This document shows, piece by piece, positions 53,455 through 60,317 of a stretch of 64,000 nucleotides of DNA. The DNA lies in IMG/VR virus record IMGVR_UViG_3300044641_010328, positions 1-64,000 of that record; one strand, 5' to 3'. Position numbers and translations under genes: made by a program. Position 1 is the stretch's first letter. Each line of letters opens with the position of its first letter. The notes under the pieces are model-generated. The model saw nothing but the letters and a program-made list of their open reading frames with translations, made no database searches and was not told the origin of the DNA. The DNA comes from a virus.

Positions 53455-54405
53455 TTAAAAATCTCTACGAGCCTTGTAATTACTCACAATCTCGTCAATC
53501 TCTCCTAGAATCTCATTCCAGAGCGTCCGGAAGTGTGGGACACCGCCATCTGTTCCGTTCATGTCATCTCGTGTGGCCTGGTAGATCGTGTCATTCGGGT
53601 GGTAGGTGAGGTGCTTCTCGCTGTCCTCGTCAGGCCAGTAGAGGTTGGTACCTGTTCCATTGCGGAATGTCTTGATGTAGTGCCATGCAGGCTCGCGAAG
53701 ATTGATCGCAACATGAGCCTCGGGGAAGACGCGGAGGATCTCACGTGCCATGAGTGCCGCAAGCATGTTATCCTCCTCAGGCTGGATCTGCTTGTCCTGA
53801 CGCTGCTTAATGAACATGAAAGCATCGCGGATGTTCATGCGCATGTAGTAGAACGTCTCGAGGCACTTCGGGAGGATATGACGAGCGTCCATGAGAGAGA
53901 TCTTCTTGGAGTCGACCATGTCAACATAGAGCGCCTTTGCATCCTCTACGTGATTCTTCCAGCGCTCATAGAACTCAGGGCTATTCTGGATCGAGCCTGG
54001 AACTAGGCTGCGCTCGTGAGAGAGCCAGCGATCACCTGTGCACTGCGCCGCAAAAGATCCGGCACGATGACGAATGAGATGAGTTACTGTCTGAGTATCG
54101 ATTCCACCCACAAGGAAGGTGAGACCGATTAGCTCCATTGCTGCAGGAAGGGCACGACCCGCAAAGACGTCCTCCATGGTCTTTGAGAGATCTGCTTCAG
54201 AAGCCTCAGCATAGGGAACATGCTTATCAGCCCACGTGGACTTAACGAAACAATAAACTGCCTGTCGGATCGTCTTTGGATCAGGGCTGTCGACAAGCTC
54301 GAGCTTAAGCGCATCGAGGCTATTTACGAACTTGGTTGTAGGCCGCTCGTCGAAACGAATTGCCATGGGAAGGTTAATGGGCTGTAGATCTAGATTTTGT
54401 GGCAT
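53455..54405 (-). CDS. Divergent ThyX (flavin-dependent thymidylate synthase) paralog
   Basis: THLIRHRAGSFAAQCTGDR (SxRY altered), DARHILP, MN.R....F...R. Confidence 0.8.
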   Translation of the reverse strand: MPQNLDLQPINLPMAIRFDERPTTKFVNSLDALKLELVDSPDPKTIRQAVYCFVKSTWADKHVPYAEASEADLSKTMEDVFAGRALPAAMELIGLTFLVGGIDTQTVTHLIRHRAGSFAAQCTGDRWLSHERSLVPGSIQNSPEFYERWKNHVEDAKALYVDMVDSKKISLMDARHILPKCLETFYYMRMNIRDAFMFIKQRQDKQIQPEEDNMLAALMAREILRVFPEAHVAINLREPAWHYIKTFRNGTGTNLYWPDEDSEKHLTYHPNDTIYQATRDDMNGTDGGVPHFRTLWNEILGEIDEIVSNYKARRDF

Positions 54406-54414
54406 TAATTTCTC

Positions 54415-55332
54415 CTATCGAAGATTATCGATGATTTTGGTCAAGTTTTCAACTAGAATCACGCCTTCTTGCCGCTGGAGTGATTTATTGTAAGGCTGAA
54501 TTGGGCTAAATGTCCGAAGTCCATGAGAGGCAAACTCTGCTGCATGCTTTGGCGAGTCATCTACACAGAAGGCAACGTGTCCTGCAAACTTTGACTGGAT
54601 GATCCAGAGGAACTTCTCTCCGCTGAAGGCTACATCATCAAAGTAGAGACCCGAGCTGTGAAGCCATCGTGCTGTGTCAAAGAGGCAGAGAGGATTGTCT
54701 GCAGGGCGTGCTGTCAGGATCTGGACCCAATACCCAAGTCGCTGTAGCTCATGCGTGAATTCGGCTGCATCACTGACAGCCGGAATGTCGCGAAGCTTGC
54801 GCTCTGCTATGAACTCCTTGAAGAGGCGCTCTGTGTTATGCCCTAGATCTTGAGCAGCTGATGCAGCATAGTACTCTGGACAGTCATACGAAATCACTGC
54901 TCCCTTCGTCTCAGCAAGCCACTCAAAGAACGAGCGTCTGAACTCTGCAAGCACATCATCCATGTCAAGGATTGCTACTGGACGACCATCCCAAGACTTC
55001 TTAGACAGGTTATGCCTGAAGTGAAGGTAAGCATCCTTGTCCTCGAAGGCATCAACAAGCTCTTTCTCATTGATGTCCCAGACATTCATGATTGCCATCA
55101 GATATCTGATCACATCAATGCTCTCATACAAGATCTTTGTCCGGTCTGGCATCTTGCGATCCATTCGGTGATCTTTGAAATTGATTGATGATACAAGATC
55201 TGAGATCTCAGAATGCAATTCAAGAGCAAATGATTTTGTCATCTGCTCTTTCTCTACGTCTGTGAATGTCTTGCTATCGAAGAAAAGATTAGAGAATGCA
55301 CGCTGACGATGCAGCATCTCTTTTAGGGTCAC
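54415..55332 (-). CDS. All-alpha dNTPase domain fused to HAD 5'-nucleotidase
   Basis: LHSEISDL...FKDH...YESIDVIRY; DMDDVL, LTARP, VDDSP. Confidence 0.8.
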   Translation of the reverse strand: MTLKEMLHRQRAFSNLFFDSKTFTDVEKEQMTKSFALELHSEISDLVSSINFKDHRMDRKMPDRTKILYESIDVIRYLMAIMNVWDINEKELVDAFEDKDAYLHFRHNLSKKSWDGRPVAILDMDDVLAEFRRSFFEWLAETKGAVISYDCPEYYAASAAQDLGHNTERLFKEFIAERKLRDIPAVSDAAEFTHELQRLGYWVQILTARPADNPLCLFDTARWLHSSGLYFDDVAFSGEKFLWIIQSKFAGHVAFCVDDSPKHAAEFASHGLRTFSPIQPYNKSLQRQEGVILVENLTKIIDNLR

Positions 55333-55341
55333 GTTAGTCCT

Positions 55342-55713
55342 CTAGTATTTACTCTTAATCCTATCGTGAATGATCCTATCTTTATTAACGTACGCCTCAA
55401 AAAGCTCATCAGGCGTAACTCCCATAATAATCAGAAGAGAGAGGAAGTAGTTAAAAGAGTCAACCATCTCCTCCTTGAATGCGGCTCGATCAAAATCGCG
55501 AATCTCTGTCTGTCGATGAGACTTTGCGTTCTTTAGCTCTTGCACTGCCTCAAAGACCTCTTCGACACCACGAAGTGCAAGATCTCTGAGATGTTGCTGT
55601 GTAGCCTTGTTTGTCAGATCGACAGGCATCTCTGGATAGACATCTGGGACCTGCTTCTGCAAGGCTGTCATGAAGTCCTTGCGAAGTTCAAACATTTGAT
55701 CGAGCTTGTCCAA
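55342..55713 (-). CDS. Dimeric dUTPase/dCTPase-like protein
   Basis: VEEVFEA....KN.K.H...KEEMVD...Y...Y..K..I...R. Confidence 0.8.
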   Translation of the reverse strand: MDKLDQMFELRKDFMTALQKQVPDVYPEMPVDLTNKATQQHLRDLALRGVEEVFEAVQELKNAKSHRQTEIRDFDRAAFKEEMVDSFNYFLSLLIIMGVTPDELFEAYVNKDRIIHDRIKSKY

Positions 55714-55714
55714 T

Positions 55715-55954
55715 TTAGTCCTCTAGAGACTCAGGTGGAGACATTGCGGCAATTGCAGCAATCATTCGGTTAAGGCTCTCATCAAATTTGCTGAGATAGG
55801 CGGGATCAGGAGAAAGCTGCTCTCGCTCATCGACAACCAGGCGAATCGTCCTGAGGTTGTCAACGATGTCAGTGCCTGATAGAATCGCGATCTGAAGAAG
55901 TCGTGCAATCTGTGAGATTGTGTCATCTGATAGTCCATAAGTCGTTGTTGCCAT
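55715..55954 (-). CDS. Hypothetical protein
   Basis: 79 aa ORF with AAGGA RBS. Confidence 0.7.
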   Translation of the reverse strand: MATTTYGLSDDTISQIARLLQIAILSGTDIVDNLRTIRLVVDEREQLSPDPAYLSKFDESLNRMIAAIAAMSPPESLED

Positions 55955-55963
55955 TTGTTTTCC

Positions 55964-56767
55964 TTATTTCTGAATTTCTGGGATCCAAAAGGTAGTCCGT
56001 CCGTCCTTCGTCGTCTCTCTCTTTACCTCTCTACCTTCTGGATCCTTGGGCTGATTGTAGACTGCAAAGCGGCGACTGTAATCTCCCTTTTGTCCATCAA
56101 AACCTGAAAATGTGTAGATGGTGGCGCCACCAGTCTCATATGACTTCCTAATAACATTCTTAATCACAGAATTGAGTGTTTTCAACTCATCTTCAGATAA
56201 GGTGTTAGTTTCTCTATGGGGACTGAGTCTGCTAAAATACAAGCATTCAGACTTTAGATAGTTTCCTACTCCGCTAATTACAGACTGATCCATAAGAACT
56301 TCTGCTAGCGTTCTATTCTTCTTCTTAATAGATCTAATAAAGACAGCGTCTGATACATCTTCAGCAAGCATATCTGGACCTAAAGTCTTCAGCTTCGCTG
56401 CCAGCGAATCTTTTTTGTCAATTAGTTTTAATGTGCCGAAGTTTCTCATATCATTGAAGTAGATCTCTCCTCCGTCGTCCAAATCAAACTGAATCCTGCT
56501 GTGCTTTCTCTCAACAGCTGACCAGCTTCCAGTCATTCCTAAAGTGTTGAAAATATGCATCCCATTGTCAAGACTGATGTAGATGAATTTTCCCTTACAG
56601 CCAACTTCAGAAACTTTGACATTCAGAAAATGATTCAGACTTTCCCATCCTTCAGGATTCTTCTTTGTGTAGCGTCCTGATAGAATTCTCATATCAGAAA
56701 TCTTCTTGTTCAAGATTCTTTCACGAATCCCGTCAGATACAACTTTTACCTCTGGGCCCTCTGGCAC
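55964..56767 (-). CDS. mutM: Fpg/Nei DNA glycosylase (zincless finger)
   Basis: PEGPEV, KGKF, LGMTG, D.RNFG, LMDQ..ISGVGNY, GRTT.W without Cys. Confidence 0.92.
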   Translation of the reverse strand: MPEGPEVKVVSDGIRERILNKKISDMRILSGRYTKKNPEGWESLNHFLNVKVSEVGCKGKFIYISLDNGMHIFNTLGMTGSWSAVERKHSRIQFDLDDGGEIYFNDMRNFGTLKLIDKKDSLAAKLKTLGPDMLAEDVSDAVFIRSIKKKNRTLAEVLMDQSVISGVGNYLKSECLYFSRLSPHRETNTLSEDELKTLNSVIKNVIRKSYETGGATIYTFSGFDGQKGDYSRRFAVYNQPKDPEGREVKRETTKDGRTTFWIPEIQK

Positions 56768-56781
56768 GTAACCTCCTAATT

Positions 56782-57204
56782 TTATTGACTATTTACCCAT
56801 CGCCAGTAATTCTTCAGCGCACCGTCCTTGGGCTCTGGAATCTTTGACCACGCATGATTACAGAAGATCTTGTATGCTGCAGCAGCGTAATCTCCGATCC
56901 CATACAGATCTTTCGGATCTCTCTTATCCCACGTCAGATAGTCCTGTGACATCTTGACAAGAGTCTTGCTTCTCCGATCTCCGAGACCAAGATCCTTGAT
57001 TAGATCTCTGACTTCTTCAGTGCTTGCATTCGCAGCGTCCTTTGCAGTTGGCCACCGATCAAAGAACTGCCACATAAGTGGTTCAGCTTCGACACGCTTT
57101 GTCAGATTGCAGAAAATACAAACAACAAAAACACGCCAAGGATCATCCTGGACGTGTTCTTGAATGAGGTTGTAGGGTGAACGCGGTGCGTGCATACCAT
57201 ACAA
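56782..57204 (-). CDS. MBD4-like HhH mismatch (T:G/U:G) DNA glycosylase
   Basis: PRSPYNLIQE....DPW......N.T, LGL...R...L.KMS.DY, LYGIGDY....Y.IFC, P.D..L..Y..W. Confidence 0.85.
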   Translation of the reverse strand: MYGMHAPRSPYNLIQEHVQDDPWRVFVVCIFCNLTKRVEAEPLMWQFFDRWPTAKDAANASTEEVRDLIKDLGLGDRRSKTLVKMSQDYLTWDKRDPKDLYGIGDYAAAAYKIFCNHAWSKIPEPKDGALKNYWRWVNSQ

Positions 57205-57255
57205 TAAAGCAAAAATAAACGTTTTACAAGTCGAGACTCGCTAGACGCTCTTAGA

Positions 57256-57513
57256 TCACTTCTTTAAAAGTGTTCCTGCCCATTTTGGTGCTTGTCCAAC
57301 GTAAACCTTGAGAGCGTACTTATGAGCTTGACGTCTACCTTGATCTTTCTCTTTCATCGCATGATGCACAACAGAGCTGTAGATTGACTTGAATCGACGA
57401 TGCTCTTTGTCAATATCATCTTCATTTCTGTCTGATTTTTCAAGCAGAACTCTAAAGAATCTTATCACTCTGCTTGTGATCTTATCAGGCTTTGGCGCGT
57501 ACTTCGATGGCAT
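57256..57513 (-). CDS. Basic hypothetical protein
   Basis: 85 aa; ATAGTTA upstream. Confidence 0.6.
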   Translation of the reverse strand: MPSKYAPKPDKITSRVIRFFRVLLEKSDRNEDDIDKEHRRFKSIYSSVVHHAMKEKDQGRRQAHKYALKVYVGQAPKWAGTLLKK

Positions 57514-57522
57514 AAATCCTAA

Positions 57523-57777
57523 CTATCGATGCCTGCCGCAGTGAATGTGTCCATCTCTGTGTCGGTGGCAATCTCTAGCTGGAGCAGGCGGAGATACGTG
57601 ACGAATTTGTGCTGGAGCCCATCGTCCTGGAACCCAGTATCCCCATCGATCATAGTGACCTGGCACCCAGCGCGAGGCTGGAGCTGTGTACACGACAACC
57701 TGAGCGTAATGTGCCGGTGGATGCTCAACAGGGTGAGCGTGTGCCATGCAAGCAAAGAGAAGTCCAACTAAAAACAT
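57523..57777 (-). CDS. Secreted His/Pro-rich WxxGxW-repeat protein
   Basis: Signal peptide ending AHA; WVPGHY...YWVPGRW; AGGAGG RBS. Confidence 0.7.
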   Translation of the reverse strand: MFLVGLLFACMAHAHPVEHPPAHYAQVVVYTAPASRWVPGHYDRWGYWVPGRWAPAQIRHVSPPAPARDCHRHRDGHIHCGRHR

Positions 57778-57818
57778 TTTGCCTCCTAATATTAATACCG
57801 GCTAAGCCAGCAAAATAT

Positions 57819-58451
57819 TCAATAGCCAAATGCTTCAATTGTGTCTCGGAATGGGTTTCCTGGAATTTCTTTGACCTGACTTAGCATGTCCTCTGCAAGC
57901 CAGCAAATCTCTCTCTGTGCATCTGGCTTCAATCGAAGCCCAAGAAAATGCGAGAATGATCGCCAGTTGAACATAACGTCCATTGTGATCTGATTTCCAT
58001 ATGGAAGGTAGAAACGTGCAGATTCCTTTGCTCGCTTCCTGCTCATTCCGCCATCAACAAGGCGCCTGAGTGTGTCATGATATCGCATGATTGCGTCTTC
58101 CATGAAGGCAATGTACCGAGACTGCTCTTCCAGGGGCCAATCTTTGGGAAGATAGTACTTGTCATCCTTCAGCTCCTTGTACCTCGCTGACTCAGCATTG
58201 ATTGAGACGCCAATTCTATGCTTTAGTAGCTGAATGTGCGTTGCACAGTCGACAGTTGCGAGAAAGTGCAAAGAGCTTTTCTCAAATGGCGTCTCGTGAC
58301 CATTTTCAGCCAGCATCCTTAGAAGCGCCGGAATTCTTTCATGCTTTTCAGGTGTAAGATCTCGGCTTGTGCTTGTCCACGCTGATAGCGCATGAACATC
58401 ATCGCCGCCGTACCACCCGACTAGCTCAACCTTGTTTTCTTGAAATGACAC
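57819..58451 (-). CDS. thyX: Flavin-dependent thymidylate synthase (canonical)
   Basis: GHETPFE, QLLKHRIGVSINAESARY, ESAR..LP, NWRSF.HFL.LR...AQ.EI. Confidence 0.92.
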   Translation of the reverse strand: MSFQENKVELVGWYGGDDVHALSAWTSTSRDLTPEKHERIPALLRMLAENGHETPFEKSSLHFLATVDCATHIQLLKHRIGVSINAESARYKELKDDKYYLPKDWPLEEQSRYIAFMEDAIMRYHDTLRRLVDGGMSRKRAKESARFYLPYGNQITMDVMFNWRSFSHFLGLRLKPDAQREICWLAEDMLSQVKEIPGNPFRDTIEAFGY

Positions 58452-58656
58452 TTCTAATCCTCTCTCTAATGTTTTTATCCCAGATTAGCTCAAAGATCCA
58501 TTGCAAAAACGTGAGTGACAAACCTGACACAAGCACCATGGTTGAAGAAACCAAAATGTCGCCGGTAAACAGATAAGTCACCCATGTTCCAAATAGCATT
58601 GAGAATGCACGCCACACAGCTGTCTTGATGAGGAGCTCAATACTATTTGAATCCAT
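58426..58656 (-). CDS. DUF2061-like membrane protein
   Basis: KT..WR........YLFTG......E..W. Confidence 0.65.
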   Translation of the reverse strand: MDSNSIELLIKTAVWRAFSMLFGTWVTYLFTGDILVSSTMVLVSGLSLTFLQWIFELIWDKNIRERIRSVISRKQG

Positions 58657-59672
58657 CAAGATGCTTCCAGGAGCAGCCTTGTCACTGTGTAAGGATCCAT
58701 GTTGGCACATGGACGTCTATCTTCGAAATATCCGCATCCTGCCTTTGAAACGTGAAGCGGGATTCTAATAGAAGCACCTCGATCGGAAACACCGCACCTA
58801 AATTCCTTGTAAGAGCATGTCTCGTGTTGTCCTGTTAGGCGCTGCTCAATTCCGTGGCCATAATACGGAATATAGTCGTCATGCAATCGCCGGAGTATGC
58901 TTAGAATTCGATCGATCTCTGCCATTCCTCCTTCCTCATCGCGCGTTGCGGCTGTTGACCAGTTTGTGTGAGCGCCTGCTCCATTGAGCTCGCGAACAGG
59001 CTTTGGATCTAGCTTGGCATTTATTCCGTAGTCCTCTCCTATCCGGTAGAGGAGCCACCTTGCAAGCCACAGATGGTCAGACACGACAACGGGATCACCT
59101 GTTCCAATCTGGAACTCCCATTGACCAGGCATAACCTCAGCATTGACACCGCAAATCATGAGCTCAGCATCCATGCAGGCTTTCATGTGCGCCTCTACGA
59201 GATCTCTTCCGCACACCTCGTCAGCGCCTACACCGCAGTAGTAGGGCCCCTGCTGTGGTGGGTAACCTCCCGTAGGCCATCCTAGTGGAGTTCCACCTCT
59301 AAAAAGTGTATACTCCTGTTCAATTCCGCATAATGGAATCTTTGATCCCTTTCGCTCCATTAGCCTGACCAGGTGATGTCGTGTGTTAGTTCGATGGGGA
59401 GTTCCGTCTGCATTGTAGACTTCACACAGAACTAGAATTGCAGGCCTTTCCTTTGATCGAATTGGATCCTTACAGAATGAGACAGGAAATAGAATGCAAT
59501 CACTCTTGTCACCGGGAGCCTGTCCTGTCGATGATCCATCAAATGTCCACTGTGGAACATCAGATATTGATAGCTTTTCTCCTGAAAATGGAAAAATCTT
59601 GGTCTTGCTTCTTAGCTTGGACGTGGGTGTAGTCCCGTCTATCCAGATGTACTCTGCGATTATGTTTACCAT
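58656..59672 (-). CDS. glnII: Glutamine synthetase type II
   Basis: AEYIWIDG, W.FDGSSTGQA, EQEY, QGPYYCGVG, NAEVMPGQWEFQ, NGAGAHTN, RLTG.HET, EDRRP. Confidence 0.95.
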   Translation of the reverse strand: MVNIIAEYIWIDGTTPTSKLRSKTKIFPFSGEKLSISDVPQWTFDGSSTGQAPGDKSDCILFPVSFCKDPIRSKERPAILVLCEVYNADGTPHRTNTRHHLVRLMERKGSKIPLCGIEQEYTLFRGGTPLGWPTGGYPPQQGPYYCGVGADEVCGRDLVEAHMKACMDAELMICGVNAEVMPGQWEFQIGTGDPVVVSDHLWLARWLLYRIGEDYGINAKLDPKPVRELNGAGAHTNWSTAATRDEEGGMAEIDRILSILRRLHDDYIPYYGHGIEQRLTGQHETCSYKEFRCGVSDRGASIRIPLHVSKAGCGYFEDRRPCANMDPYTVTRLLLEAS

Positions 59673-59679
59673 TTTTCAC

Positions 59680-60282
59680 CTATTCAAACTTGTACTTCAC
59701 ATCAACATTGATCTTCATGTCTGGAAGTCGAACATGATTTGCTAGACCGTGACTTAGCGCTTCATTTGCATCAAGATACCAGTCAGCATGGCTCTTTTCA
59801 TGAATAATGTTGAGGAAATATTCGGGCTCCTTTCCGCAGTTGGCTGCCATCATTCGATATACTTTCTGATTTAGGCGCTCTGCCTCCTTTGAGTCAGCCT
59901 TGATATCCTCAATCTTTCCAATGGCGCCAGATGAAACATCGTGAATCATGATGGTGGCATCGGGATCCATAAACCTATATCCCTGTGTCCCAAAGGAAAA
60001 CAGGATAGCGCCACAGCTCATTGCCTTGCCTTCAACAATTGTTGCAACAGCTGTCCGGGACGACTTGATATTCCCAATCATTGACATGAGAGAATAGACC
60101 TGGCCGCCATAAGAATCAATGATGATTGGAATGACAGGCTGACCTGTTGACTGTGCCAAGGACATCTGCTGTGCAAATTCCTTGGCGGAGTCTTCATCGA
60201 ACTTATTGACCCGAATTACAACAGGGCTGGATCGAAGCTCAATTTCCTTGACGAGGGGAGACACACACGTGATTATGTTCAT
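59680..60282 (-). CDS. ClpP-like protease subunit
   Basis: IDSYGG.V, G.AMSCG, IMIH, DWYL.A.EAL..GL. Confidence 0.88.
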   Translation of the reverse strand: MNIITCVSPLVKEIELRSSPVVIRVNKFDEDSAKEFAQQMSLAQSTGQPVIPIIIDSYGGQVYSLMSMIGNIKSSRTAVATIVEGKAMSCGAILFSFGTQGYRFMDPDATIMIHDVSSGAIGKIEDIKADSKEAERLNQKVYRMMAANCGKEPEYFLNIIHEKSHADWYLDANEALSHGLANHVRLPDMKINVDVKYKFE

Positions 60283-60317
60283 GGATACAAAGATACCACG
60301 TGTGTGGCTGTTTTATC

